IMG/VR virus record: IMGVR_UViG_3300020048_000055
Location: 44,877-108,876 of that record
Strand: one strand, 5' to 3'
DNA from: a virus
Length of the DNA stretch: 64,000 nt
In this document: positions 19,822 to 31,600 of the stretch, in pieces
Layout of the letters: every line of letters starts with the position of its first letter
Position numbering within the stretch: position 1 is the stretch's first letter
Made by a program: the position numbers and the translations under genes
The notes under the pieces: generated by a model
Told to the model about the DNA's origin: nothing
Seen by the model: only the letters and a program-made list of their open reading frames with translations
The model's database searches: none

Positions 19822-22800
19822 TTATACAGTCTTCCAAAAGGCAGTTAGAACCAAATTTACCAACAATCCTGAAGTGCTTGTTCTCACTACCGAATTCTGG
19901 TCTTTCCAAACATCAAAAGTAAATCCTGCTTTTGTAGGAGAAAGAAATGTAAAGTTTGTATCAACGTTAAAAGAAGCTATATTTGAAACATTGTTTGTTC
20001 CACCATTTAGTGAATAAGTTATTGTATAGGTGATATAAATCCAATTAGCTGTCAAACTTAAGGAATTGAAAATACCCGTAGTGGAAGTTAGTTGAACCCC
20101 AACTGGGTCTGTCCATTTTACGAAAGTAAAACCTGATTTTGTAGGAGAAAGAAAAGTAAAATTGGTATCAACATTAAAAGAAGCTATATTTGAAACATTA
20201 TTTGTTCCACCATTTAGGGAATACGCTATTGTGTAAGTGATATAATTCCAAAAAGCGTTCATAACCAAATTCACCAACAATCCTGAAGTGTTTGTTCTCA
20301 CTACGGAGTTTTGGTCTTTCCAAGAACTAAAAGTAAATCCTGATTTTGTAGGAGAAAGAAAAGTAAAATTGGTATCAACATTAAAAGAAGCTATATTTGA
20401 AACATTGTTTGTTCCACCATTTAACGAATACGCTATTGTGTAAGTGATATAATTCCAAAAAGCGTTCATAACCAAATTTACCAACAATCCTGAAGTGCTT
20501 GTTCTCACTACCGAATTCTGGTCTTTCCAAACATCAAAAGTAAATCCTGCTTTTGTAGGAGAAAGAAATGTAAAGTTTGTATCAACGTTAAAAGAGGTTA
20601 TACTTGAAACATTATTTGTTCCACCATTTAGGGAATACGCTATTGTATAGGTAATATAATTCCAAAAAGCGTTCATAACTAGATCAGAGAATACTGAGGA
20701 GGTGTTTGTTCTTACTACAGAGTTCTGGTCTTTCCAAACATCAAAAGTATAACCTGCTTTTGTAGGAGGTACAAATTTTGCCTGATTATCTACACTAAAA
20801 TAAGTAGGATTTGACCCAACTACTTCGGATACATAATTGTGCTGAGTATAAACTTCTGGTAAATGTTTTATTTTATATAAAGTTTGAATGTCAGACAATT
20901 CGATAGCTTTTTTATAAAAAATAAAATCACCAAAAAACCCTGTATAGCTATAGCTATTATAGGTAGAAGCCTGTTGCCATTTACCGAACAGGAGATTTCC
21001 AGAATAGGAACATATTCCTACATGGCTTCGGGTAGCTTTTAATACCGAGTTTATATAAATCTTTTGGGATATTCCATCCCAAGTTATAGTAAACATGTAT
21101 CGAGTTATTCCTGTAAAAGAAATTCCATGATACCATTCATCTATCGGATCTTTCCAAGAAACTTCCCCATATTTATAAAACTTTGCATTATCACTTCCTA
21201 GAGCCATTTTACCTGCATTTACATCTTGCCAGAAAGAGAAGGTGTAAGCAGTTAGATTTTCCACGAAAGGTACTTTAATAAAGCCGTTATTAAAACAATG
21301 GATTCCATCCGTTGTAGGTCTACACCCATAGTTTGTTCCTAAACTTCTTGTCCCTGATAGATATTTCCCTGTACCAATATAGATTGCTTCAATTGTTACT
21401 AATGAGGTAGCACTAAAGTTCATATCAAGAAAATAAGCAACATAACTAAAGTTTCCACAAGAAGCAGATATAATAGTTTTCTCATTAGCCTTAATGCTTT
21501 TTGAGACATAGAAATGCATATCTGTTTCAATAGATATTGTTTGATCAACTGAGGAGGTTAGGACGTAAATTACTTCTTGATTTCTAGGGTCTTTAGTTAA
21601 TCTCCACATTGCTCCATTTGTGTTTACTGTGAAAACGAGTTTTCCACTTGACAGCACATAAGAGCAGTTAGTTAAATATATAAAACTACTTGAATCGTCG
21701 GATGTAAAATTATTGTTTCTAAAGAAGGTATTACCTACTGGGTCATCAGGAAGTTTTGGGAGAGAAAAGTTCATTCCAGAATTATTTAAAACAAGATCTT
21801 CTTGGGCGAGATATTCTCCATTGCCTAGATAGAAAGATGATATGGTAGAGTTTCCACTTGAGGTAGAAGGGTAGTGATACCAGTTCCATTTCCACTCCCA
21901 TCCATCATTAGGCACATTAAAAACGAACTCTTGAAAAGTAGGTTCTTGAAAGTTCCATGCCCAAGACATTGTTCCACCTGACCAATCACTTCTCCAAATA
22001 TAGAATCTGGGATAACCAACCCCTTTAATAGAGCCTCTTCCCGCTCTTGCTCTAATGTGTACGGTTTTCCCTCCGATACCCAAAGTCCCACCATATGAAC
22101 CATAATCGGTAAAGTTTATTTTTGGAGAAGGTAATAGCACAAGTGTTCCTGCGGGGTCATCAGGTATTTCGGGTAAAGAAACATCCGCAAAGGTAAAGTT
22201 TAAGTCAGGGTTTTCTGGAAGTTTATAATCAATGAAGTTCCAGAGAGAACTTGTATATTCATACACTTGGTTTTGTAAATATCCGAATTGACCCGAAGTA
22301 GCTACGGGACTTGTAGAGTTAAGTATTTTTATGGGATTACCAATTTTTCTCCAAGTATAATCCGTAGGGATTAATGATGGGGAGGTAGTTGTTTTACTTA
22401 CACTTGAACCCTCATATAGTTTTCCAACTGGATTATTACTGAGATTACTTCCGAGTAAGTCTGTTGCATATTTTCTCCAAGAGAAAGTGGTTGTTCCTCC
22501 ATTTAGGATATATGAAATATTAAAAGTTTTTGTTTGTAGGTTTGGAATAATATCATAGTCATTATCTATTCCAACAATAGGTAAGAAAGGGGAAAGGGCT
22601 GTCGAACTTTGTACTGTATATATATTAGGGGAACTTAGTAGCCAAATAGTTCCAGAGGTGACTGCATTATATCCAGTTCTTAGTGCAGTAGAAGTCTTAT
22701 CTGGGGAAAGTTTTAAGCATTTTACGGGAATGGATTCATCCTCATAATCGGGAGGAGGGACTGTAGAAATATCTACGCTATTTCCTAAGATATAAGTTTT

Positions 22801-24897
22801 AAACTTTTTCTTAGTAGTTGCTAAGTAGTTAGAAATAAAATAACAGTTAATTCCTGAACCACTTGAATCCCACTTACGGGTTACGAAGTTGTAGGTGTAA
22901 ATTAAATAGGTTTCTCCATATGTAAGACCAAGAAATAATCCAGAAGCAGAGGAGTAATTTGGGCAGGTAAGTCCAAAGGAAAACTCAAGGAGTTCTGTAG
23001 GTTGAACACTGAAGGTGCTTGTGCTAAAATGACAAGAGGGGGCAACAACCCTTAATGACTTTTCATTTGTTATTGGGTCACTTACTATAGTTCCTGTGGT
23101 AGACCAATTAACTAGCGTATCATTTGAAAAATTATTTAGTTTGTTATTATAATTAGAAGTAATAGACTTTCTGTTTAACCACTCGCCATTGAAAGAGTAA
23201 CCTTTAGGCTTAGAGTCAAGAGTCAATGTTTGAGAATCACCATAATATTTCATTTGGTCAGAAACTTCCGAAAACTTTACTAAAGAAAAAACCTTTGAGA
23301 AAATTATTCTAAACTTCATAAGTTCGTATTTTACTAGAACTGAATAGGGGGTATTAAATCCATTTCCTGTTAAAGTATTAATAGGGTTATAGTTTCGATT
23401 AAAGCTTGTAGTGTTTTGGTAAGAAACTATATTTGAGACAAGGTTAAAAGTTTGTGAAATACTAATAAAACTTGAAGGAAGGGTACTGGTTACAGTTCCT
23501 AAGACATTCTTTTGAAAACTAAGTGCAAAAGTAGTTGGGGTTAAATATTCGGCTTTTGTTGAATCGTTTACTGAGGTTTCAAGTAAGCTGTTCTTATAAA
23601 GTTCCTTTACAATTGAAATAGTATAAAACCTTGGAACATCATGGGAGATGAGAATTAAGTTCTTACTCATTTTATTTGAGAAATTATAATAATTAAAGGG
23701 CGAAGTTTCGTACCAACCTAAGAAGATTCTTGTTTGATCGGAAATAGTTATAGGGGGTGTTGGTACTCCAAGAATACTGTCTCTCCAAAGATTTTCTATT
23801 TTATAATCAGAAGAATCGAAAAGGAACTTAACTAAATACAGATAGTCGTAGTTTATAACAACAGAATCACTACCTATACTATTATTACCAGAGGGTATAA
23901 AATACTGAGGATATTCGTTTATCTGATTATAAGAATAGTTTATAGTATTTACAGATAATGTTTTAGGTCTTGAAAAAGATCCTGAAGTGTTTGATACATA
24001 AGTTTTCGGTATAGGTAATTCATAGTGAACAAATATTGAAGATGGGGAGATAGTAACAACATCTAATTCTGAGTCTTTATTTAAGGTAGTTGTAAAGTTT
24101 AATTCTAATAGGCTTCTGTCAAAGTAGTAGCTTAATACCTTAGGGTATGCTTGAGCAAGAGAATATCTTACAACAGTATTTAAGTTTAATTTTTCCTCAA
24201 AATAATTATACAGTTTATTATTAATTACTAGAGAGCTTTTACTAATAGCTTCTTGACCTGAGTAAGATTCTGCTAACGAATAGGTAGATAGGTCTGTATT
24301 TTGTCTATAGAAGTGTTGAGTATAATTAAACTTAAAGTTATCACTGTCTGAAAGTTTTCCTGAAATGGAACCTATTTCATAATTCCCATTTACTTGAATA
24401 GTATCTGGTTCTCCCTCAATAATAATTGTACCACCATTCTTAAAAATTATATTTGAAAGAAGGCAACTATTAAATTTAGACGAGTATCTTAAATACAATG
24501 TGGAATTATCTATTACAATGGTTGATCCATCTTGGATATCTAAATAACAATCTCCTAACATTCCTGCTTGATTCAAAGAGTTAAAGGTTGTCTGGTCATA
24601 TCCTAAATAATAATTTGTGTTAGAAATATATAGAGTTGTTCCAGAGTATAAGTGTAATGTACCATAATGAAAAAAGTTTGCACTTAAGGTAAGTCTTCGT
24701 TGTTGTTTAGATACAATAACATCACTAATACTTTTAAGTGTAGTTGGTACTGAGATTGTATCAGTACCAAACACATCAATCCACTTCCAAGTAGTCTGGG
24801 AGTCCTTTATTGCCTGAGCTGAACCCCCACGGTCTCTACTATAGTAGTGTCTTTCTCGTTCAAGAATTGTTGATTCTATTTTTGGTTTTACTTGCAT
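19822..24897 (-). CDS. Large tail fibre/adhesin with LamG-like domain and tandem InlB B-repeats
   Basis: TITWDG...KIYINS, GFFGDFIFYKKA LamG pattern; WRKYA...GK.Y.G...DYTW repeat of phage antireceptor type; C-terminal YTIAYSLNGG repeats. Confidence 0.7.
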   Translation of the reverse strand: MQVKPKIESTILERERHYYSRDRGGSAQAIKDSQTTWKWIDVFGTDTISVPTTLKSISDVIVSKQQRRLTLSANFFHYGTLHLYSGTTLYISNTNYYLGYDQTTFNSLNQAGMLGDCYLDIQDGSTIVIDNSTLYLRYSSKFNSCLLSNIIFKNGGTIIIEGEPDTIQVNGNYEIGSISGKLSDSDNFKFNYTQHFYRQNTDLSTYSLAESYSGQEAISKSSLVINNKLYNYFEEKLNLNTVVRYSLAQAYPKVLSYYFDRSLLELNFTTTLNKDSELDVVTISPSSIFVHYELPIPKTYVSNTSGSFSRPKTLSVNTINYSYNQINEYPQYFIPSGNNSIGSDSVVINYDYLYLVKFLFDSSDYKIENLWRDSILGVPTPPITISDQTRIFLGWYETSPFNYYNFSNKMSKNLILISHDVPRFYTISIVKELYKNSLLETSVNDSTKAEYLTPTTFALSFQKNVLGTVTSTLPSSFISISQTFNLVSNIVSYQNTTSFNRNYNPINTLTGNGFNTPYSVLVKYELMKFRIIFSKVFSLVKFSEVSDQMKYYGDSQTLTLDSKPKGYSFNGEWLNRKSITSNYNNKLNNFSNDTLVNWSTTGTIVSDPITNEKSLRVVAPSCHFSTSTFSVQPTELLEFSFGLTCPNYSSASGLFLGLTYGETYLIYTYNFVTRKWDSSGSGINCYFISNYLATTKKKFKTYILGNSVDISTVPPPDYEDESIPVKCLKLSPDKTSTALRTGYNAVTSGTIWLLSSPNIYTVQSSTALSPFLPIVGIDNDYDIIPNLQTKTFNISYILNGGTTTFSWRKYATDLLGSNLSNNPVGKLYEGSSVSKTTTSPSLIPTDYTWRKIGNPIKILNSTSPVATSGQFGYLQNQVYEYTSSLWNFIDYKLPENPDLNFTFADVSLPEIPDDPAGTLVLLPSPKINFTDYGSYGGTLGIGGKTVHIRARAGRGSIKGVGYPRFYIWRSDWSGGTMSWAWNFQEPTFQEFVFNVPNDGWEWKWNWYHYPSTSSGNSTISSFYLGNGEYLAQEDLVLNNSGMNFSLPKLPDDPVGNTFFRNNNFTSDDSSSFIYLTNCSYVLSSGKLVFTVNTNGAMWRLTKDPRNQEVIYVLTSSVDQTISIETDMHFYVSKSIKANEKTIISASCGNFSYVAYFLDMNFSATSLVTIEAIYIGTGKYLSGTRSLGTNYGCRPTTDGIHCFNNGFIKVPFVENLTAYTFSFWQDVNAGKMALGSDNAKFYKYGEVSWKDPIDEWYHGISFTGITRYMFTITWDGISQKIYINSVLKATRSHVGICSYSGNLLFGKWQQASTYNSYSYTGFFGDFIFYKKAIELSDIQTLYKIKHLPEVYTQHNYVSEVVGSNPTYFSVDNQAKFVPPTKAGYTFDVWKDQNSVVRTNTSSVFSDLVMNAFWNYITYTIAYSLNGGTNNVSSITSFNVDTNFTFLSPTKAGFTFDVWKDQNSVVRTSTSGLLVNLVMNAFWNYITYTIAYSLNGGTNNVSNIASFNVDTNFTFLSPTKSGFTFSSWKDQNSVVRTNTSGLLVNLVMNAFWNYITYTIAYSLNGGTNNVSNIASFNVDTNFTFLSPTKSGFTFVKWTDPVGVQLTSTTGIFNSLSLTANWIYITYTITYSLNGGTNNVSNIASFNVDTNFTFLSPTKAGFTFDVWKDQNSVVRTSTSGLLVNLVLTAFWKTV
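19830..20830 (-). repeat. Coding tandem repeat of InlB B-repeat-like units (4 near-identical units plus 1 divergent)
   Basis: YITYTIAYSLNGGTNNVS..SFNVDTNFTFLSPTK.GFTF..WKDQNSVVRT recurs with near-identical DNA. Confidence 0.85.
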
Positions 24898-24900
24898 AGC

Positions 24901-27696
24901 TTAACCACCTATCGGGGTTTCACTTACACCTGCAACAGGGAATTCAATATCGTCTCCGAATACTCCACCATCAATACAAGAGTTGTCTGTAAGCAATACA
25001 CCTGAAACTGCGGGAAGTTCTACATAGATAGTTTCTACGGGTAAATCAATATAGGTGAAGGGATCTTTGTATTGTAGGGAATCTGGAAAAAGTTTACGAC
25101 CCGGTACAATAAAAGTATTATTTGTTTCGTCATTTCCTAAACCAATAAACTTTGTAACCTGAAGTCCACGCTTGGTTATTTCGTTAGTTGTCTGGTTTAT
25201 TTTACCAATTAATACATCTTGACCAATCTCTATATTTTTTAGTCTTGAGTCAATATTCTCATCAACAGATTCAGGTAAAAACTCATCTATAAAGGATTTA
25301 TCAGTTGAACCAAGTTCATCTATCTCACTTCCCATGGCAAGTCTCATTGCCGCAAAGAGTGCATTATTTACCTGTTTTATTTGAGAGTTTATTAGCTTCC
25401 GTTTATTATCTGTACTTATTGGCCCAAAGATTGGGATATAGTTTTCATCCCCTGAAACAAACTCAGCCCAATCTATATTGGTTAATAATATACCACTTCT
25501 TGAAGGAAGGATGAGAGTAATGTTTGAGGTTACTTCGGTATGAGCAAAAAGGTTGGTTAAATAGTTATCTACTAAAGACCCATCACTTGCAAAGCCTGTT
25601 CCAAGATTATTTCTATTTCCAAAAACAAGGTGTCTCAAACCTACGTTGTCTACATTTAATGTAGGTGCATGAATCTCAACTATTGTTGCAGTCTCATCAG
25701 TATCAACTCCAGTAGCATCGGTTGTAGTATGTTCTTCAATTGAAGTTGACATAATAAAACCATCACGAATTGATTTGGTAAGTCTACGAGGTAACAGTGC
25801 AACAGAGGGTATTTTTCCAATAATAACGGAGTCAAGCTCTGGCATAATAACACTAATATTTGAGGAAACATTTTCAGAACTTAATATTCTGGTTAACCAG
25901 TTAAGTGTATTATCAATAAGAGGATTTTGAGGATTAGCTAACTCAATACCATTTCTTGTTCTAGTAGGTACTCCATCAACCAACACGGTATCTGGAAGAA
26001 CTCTAATATCCCCATAAACAGTTTCAGAGAAGGATGCGTTTGCATCTCCAACTTGAAGATTATGATGGATAACAACACCATTAGCTATTGAGTCCTCAAT
26101 GTTAGAGTTTTCAATTGTATTATTTGCAGAAACGGAATCTGTGTATTGTGTATATCTTGGAATAAAATTTGATTTACCAATACCAGAATTATCTGTTCTT
26201 GACTGATCAATTAATCTTATCCCTGCTACAACGATTGAACCATCGGCATGTTCATACAAACCAATTTTATGGTCTGCTCGAAGTTTAGGTGAACCCGTTC
26301 TTCCTGCGGTATATTCAGAAATTACATTAGGGTCTCTGTCACCAGTAAGAATTGTATTTATACCAAAGTTAATAACAGAGATTCTATCACTATTATCAAT
26401 CTTTTCCCAATGAGCGACTGAAGCATCATTGTCAACTGGAGAGTTTGTCCAAACAATCCAGTCACCTTTATTTAATTCAATCTTCCTTGCATATTGACCA
26501 TTGGCAAAACTGCTGGATTGGTCTGAATAGCTGATGTTTGGGTAAATGTTAGTTGTCTGTACGATGTAGTAGTCACCATCAGAAGGTCCGTCATTAAAAG
26601 AGGGCCATTGTGTTTGGTAAGCAACTTCATTATAATGTTGTGCTAAAGTAGCTGAATCATAAGTAGATTCATCTAATGGATTCCATGTACCTTTATACTG
26701 AAGACTTCCAAGAATTGTATCTGGGAGTTGTGCTAAAGGTATCTTACCTGTTGCATCTATCTGAGCTTTGTATTGTAAGAGGAAAGCTAAAGATTGTTCT
26801 ACGTTTGTAAGATTTCTAACACTTGCAACATGGTCTTCATTAAATGTAGCCATCATATCATCAGCAATTGTGTTTGATGTATGAAGGTCTATATCAATTG
26901 CATCTGTATAACCTGAGGGAATAAGAAACCAAATTGCTATATCATTGAGAGAATCTTTAAGGTGATAAATAAAATCACCTTTTTTAAGAGAACGTCCTGC
27001 GGGTCCTGTAAGAGTTGTTGTTGAAAGTCTATCAGGAGTAAATGTAGATACCACAAGATTGTCAACGCCAACAAGATACATTGTTCCAATTTCTGGAACA
27101 ATCAGAGCGGCGGCAGTTTGAGAGTATATTGCACCACGGTATGAAAGTTTTTCTGTTTCTAATTCTTTAAGGGCATCGGAAGCATTTGTGGCTACTATGT
27201 TTGAGTTTGAGTTATCAAAGTAAGTATCACTGGCACTACCACCAGAATTATTCATTCTTAAGAAAGTTATTTCTGAAGTTATTCCAGTTACTGAGTCTAA
27301 TACAGAACTTGTTACTAAAAGAATATCGCCCTTTCTAAAGTCGAATTCCAGAAAGGCAGGATCAGGAGTTGCGGAGTCCTTTACATTTGAGGAAAAAATC
27401 CAAAAATCACCTGTGGTTGCATGTAAGAAAATGTCGTTGTCAATATGGGTTGAACCCGTTACTATACCACGATAGATAAGACTTTGAGTAGCTCTTGGTC
27501 CGGCTATTGCGATAGGAGCAGAATTTTTTAAGTCAGGGCGACCAACATAAAGGGTTCCCTCATCCCATGGAGTAACTGAGTCTGTATCATTATTAGTAGC
27601 TTGCCAGAAGAGTTGACCATCGGCTAATCCAGTTCCTTGGAAAAAACCTGTTACGAAATTACGATCACCTCTAGTTATTTTTAATAAGTTTGCCAT
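24901..27696 (-). CDS. Tail fibre / virion structural protein, paralogue of 16308..18428
   Basis: Shared NNSGGSA, KA.ID..GKIPL.QLP, YKGTW, LP..SG.LLT and IDGG motifs. Confidence 0.65.
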   Translation of the reverse strand: MANLLKITRGDRNFVTGFFQGTGLADGQLFWQATNNDTDSVTPWDEGTLYVGRPDLKNSAPIAIAGPRATQSLIYRGIVTGSTHIDNDIFLHATTGDFWIFSSNVKDSATPDPAFLEFDFRKGDILLVTSSVLDSVTGITSEITFLRMNNSGGSASDTYFDNSNSNIVATNASDALKELETEKLSYRGAIYSQTAAALIVPEIGTMYLVGVDNLVVSTFTPDRLSTTTLTGPAGRSLKKGDFIYHLKDSLNDIAIWFLIPSGYTDAIDIDLHTSNTIADDMMATFNEDHVASVRNLTNVEQSLAFLLQYKAQIDATGKIPLAQLPDTILGSLQYKGTWNPLDESTYDSATLAQHYNEVAYQTQWPSFNDGPSDGDYYIVQTTNIYPNISYSDQSSSFANGQYARKIELNKGDWIVWTNSPVDNDASVAHWEKIDNSDRISVINFGINTILTGDRDPNVISEYTAGRTGSPKLRADHKIGLYEHADGSIVVAGIRLIDQSRTDNSGIGKSNFIPRYTQYTDSVSANNTIENSNIEDSIANGVVIHHNLQVGDANASFSETVYGDIRVLPDTVLVDGVPTRTRNGIELANPQNPLIDNTLNWLTRILSSENVSSNISVIMPELDSVIIGKIPSVALLPRRLTKSIRDGFIMSTSIEEHTTTDATGVDTDETATIVEIHAPTLNVDNVGLRHLVFGNRNNLGTGFASDGSLVDNYLTNLFAHTEVTSNITLILPSRSGILLTNIDWAEFVSGDENYIPIFGPISTDNKRKLINSQIKQVNNALFAAMRLAMGSEIDELGSTDKSFIDEFLPESVDENIDSRLKNIEIGQDVLIGKINQTTNEITKRGLQVTKFIGLGNDETNNTFIVPGRKLFPDSLQYKDPFTYIDLPVETIYVELPAVSGVLLTDNSCIDGGVFGDDIEFPVAGVSETPIGG

Positions 27697-27766
27697 CTAT
27701 ATAATCCTTTTAAAAGTGACTTTCACTATTAAAAATTAGTTGAAGTTTTTTCGAATTAGTATTTTC

Positions 27767-28612
27767 TTAATTTCTAAAAGTTCTTGTTATCCCTGCCGCT
27801 GAGTATATTCCACAGTCTATGTCACCTATATTCCATAGGACTTCATTTATGTTCTCTTGCACAACAATAACCCCATCTTCCGATTCACCTTCTGTTTTTT
27901 GATAGTAAAATCCTGTAGGATTGTTATCCTTTCCTATTTGAGGAAGAATATATTTAGAGTTCTTAGGACCACCTCTAACGATAAATTGTGCCGTGGTAGT
28001 ATCATCATCAGCTTTCCTTAAATGAACCAAGTCATCCTTAAAAGGTCCATAAATACCGGAATCTGAACCAAAAAATCCTGTGTGTCCTATGTATCTATAG
28101 AAAGATATAGCAAAGGGATATTCAATATTAGAATCAATATTAAGGGAATCTATATAAGTAGAATCCTTAAACTTAATAATCCCTGTGGTCTGGTCTATCT
28201 CTGGATTTCCTAACATATAACTCATTTTTTGATAAACACCTGCTTTCATTAAAAACAGTTTATGGTTATATGTCCCATCAGTACTAAACAAGTCTGGAAT
28301 TATATTTGATACAAATGCCGAGCAGTACAGATAATTAGTACCCTTAATTCTTTTCAAGGGTACTTTTTCATATTTTGCGAGTATTGCTTTCTTCTCAATA
28401 ATAAGCCCTGCCCATTCTCCATACTTAAAGGAAATAGAACCATCAGCCACAGTTTCAGTAGCCATGATACTGGGAGCGGAAAGAGGAATTAATTTACCGT
28501 CTCTCCAAATTTGTTGAGGCAATACTATTTGACCCTTAGTTACTAAGTCTTCCTCATAGGGGAGTCTATAATCCTCTACGCTTGAGGTTAACTGTTTTTC
28601 ATCTATTATCAT
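27767..28612 (-). CDS. Virion structural protein
   Basis: Shares the IIP...Y...TG...F...FYRYIG domain with 28609 and 33279; ends IDCG.Y. Confidence 0.55.
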   Translation of the reverse strand: MIIDEKQLTSSVEDYRLPYEEDLVTKGQIVLPQQIWRDGKLIPLSAPSIMATETVADGSISFKYGEWAGLIIEKKAILAKYEKVPLKRIKGTNYLYCSAFVSNIIPDLFSTDGTYNHKLFLMKAGVYQKMSYMLGNPEIDQTTGIIKFKDSTYIDSLNIDSNIEYPFAISFYRYIGHTGFFGSDSGIYGPFKDDLVHLRKADDDTTTAQFIVRGGPKNSKYILPQIGKDNNPTGFYYQKTEGESEDGVIVVQENINEVLWNIGDIDCGIYSAAGITRTFRN

Positions 28613-31600
28613 ATAACCCCACTTATTGAAATCCCTTTAAACTCAATCCCTGAGTTCTTGGTAATTCCAACCCTAACTATTAGTTTACCGGATCTTACTG
28701 CTCTTCCGAAAGTTACTCTTTTTGATTCTGCTGTAGAAGAACCTGCATACATAGATGCATCTCCATTATTGAAAGGCTTAGAGAATCCATCATACGGAAG
28801 ATTGCAGTCAATCCATCCCGAGTTCAAACCTTCTGAATCGCTTATGTAGGTTTGTGATATGGTGTCTAAACCTAATAATTTAGCATAAATTAAAACATTG
28901 TTTGTAGAACCTGACAGGTCATCTTGAACAAAAAATTCCTTTCTATCCTCTGATACTTCAAAGTTTAATATAAAGCCATTAGAATCTTTTAAGATAACTT
29001 CAGATAAGGATTTATCTGAATTAATAAATTTCTCTAATGTTACCCATCTCACCTCTTCTGTTCTCATCCACTCTCTTGGTTCATCAGATGAGAAAAAAGA
29101 TTGAGTGAGTAAACTTCCGGTTGTTCCCAAGTAATCAATAAAACTACTTGTTAAATAATAATGTTTCCCTTCGGGCCATTTATATTCATTAACGGCTTCC
29201 ACAAAGTTTCCGTCAACCATTCTATTTCTTCCAATCTTCATCAACTCACTTATATAAAAACCATTGCGTATAGAAGTAGAGGATGAATAAACTTTACCAC
29301 ATTGATTTAGTCCGTTTGTTGGATTAGCGTTATAGGTTGGATAAATGTAAGTAGAAATACCTGAGGTAAGTCTTTCTGTTTCTACCGAATTGTCAATTCT
29401 AGTATTAAATAATACTATCTCTGTTTCAACAAATGAAGAACCTGTTACATCATATACTTTTGTAGTGAATGAGAAGTTTTCAAAAATCCTATTAGACTCA
29501 ATTGTTGTAGAATAATTGCTTATTATTATATCAAAGAATCTATCTGCATCATCTGCCTCGTTATTCTTATCTACTGAGAATCCTGTTACCGGTAGATATT
29601 CATTGGTAACTGAGTTTTTAATGAATACACTATTATCAGTACCCTTTATATTTTCATAAAGAGCTTTCAATAGCGTGGTAGAAATATTTACAATAAATGA
29701 GAAAGGTAGTTTATAAATACCAGAACATGCGTGAGTGTTTGTTTTTGCATTAGGTAAACTTGGGTCAAAGTCCGAAGTATTTACATCCCCTACCCCAATT
29801 GAAGAAGGCTTAAAAGGTAAAAACAATTCATAGGTCTTTGTCTTTGTTCCGTTGGTATTTTGAGTTATGGTTACTGGCAGGGAGTTGTCAATAACTAAAG
29901 AGTAGGTATGAATTCCAAGGGTATCTACATCGGTAGTAGGAACAATATCTGCAAGAATACCTTTCCAGAATTTTTCACCAAAATCTTTTTTACTGTAAGG
30001 GTCAAAATCTTTTACAATGTGAAGAGCATTTACTACCTGTCTATTGTCTTTTGTGTAATCCAAGTTTGCTTGACCTACAATAGTGCTGTCAATTATAGCA
30101 GAAATAGTTGAGGTATCACCATAATATACAATTCCCGTTCTTTCCTCAGAATCTGGTATCCCAACAGTAATTCGTTTAGCACCCAATTCATTTATGTTAA
30201 AAGCATTTCTGAGGGTGTTTAATGTACCATTATTTTTTATACTTTGAATAACATAGTTTGTGAGAATAGTTTTAATTTCCAATTTAATGGATTCGTCATT
30301 TATTGAGGAAGGTCTCTTTGGTATAAGCTTTGTAAATAAATCATTTATTCTACTAAATGCTTCATAAATTGTAACGTTACTAAAGTCTAACCAACCTGTA
30401 GCACCGTTTTGTTTCCAGTACCAAGGATTATTATCTGGGTCATAAGCGGCAAGGATTGCATAACAAGCATCTTGATAAGCTCTATCCAACTTTTCCCAGT
30501 CATGACCATTCCAAACACACCAGTCACCGGCAGTATATTGAACTGAGTCAATTGTTGTTTGTACTCTGGCAGGGTCATTTTCAGCAAGGGCTTGAACACT
30601 TGGAGAAATTATTACGAACCAACCTGCCTGTAAGGTATCTATATAATCTTCTTTTGATAAGTCTTCTTCGCTTACGGCTGAAGCCAAATCTGCATTTGTA
30701 GGATAAACCCCGAGCATAGTTTCAAAGCACCAAGTACCCTTGTAAAGTAATCCACCATAAGCAACCGCATCAGGCAATTGTCTTAAAGGAACTTTACCTG
30801 AAATCAAATCTGCTTTATATCTTGTAATTAAGCTTAGGGCTTCAGTAAGTGTTCCACCATCAAATACTCTACGAGTGGCTTCATCTAAGTCATCATTAAT
30901 TGCATTTTGGTCAAAAGGTAATGCACCAACATTAATTCTATCTGCTTTTAGACAAGTAGTTAATGCACCATTTGCATTTATTTCCAGTACTTCACTATCA
31001 AGTTTAATTTTGATTAAGTCTGAGGAATTTCCCTCTGTATCAAACTCTTCATAATAAAAAGGTTCCGAAAGGTTTACATATTTTTTATGGTTGTAACCAA
31101 AAGCACCATATATAGGAATTGCCCCATTAGCAAACTTTGCAGGATATTCATTCTTAGCAATAGTTGCACCGTAAGTTTGTATAGAACAACTTTGAACTAC
31201 AGCACCAGATGCTTTCGTAGCAAGAGTCACCACAGTATTTTCCTTAAAGAAAATACTTCCATTATTTAATGATGCAGTTGTTATGAAATTACCTCTTACA
31301 GAGGAACTCTTAATATTTATTACAAAAGTATTAAAGGTATTATCATAGATAAACGTTGAAAGCTTATCAAAATTTACCGAGGATAAATCTGTCTCAGTAA
31401 TTTCCTCAGGTGATGTGAAAGAAACTTCATCAAAGTTTGAGTTCCTAACCATTATAGTAGGAGACACTCTTTTCAATACTACCAAATCACAATTTATACC
31501 AAGAACATTATCTAACACAAAAGTTTTTCCTGTTTCGGAAGATAAAGTAATAGTTGCATTTTTTAAGGAAACATTTCTAATTCCAAAATCACAGGGAGTA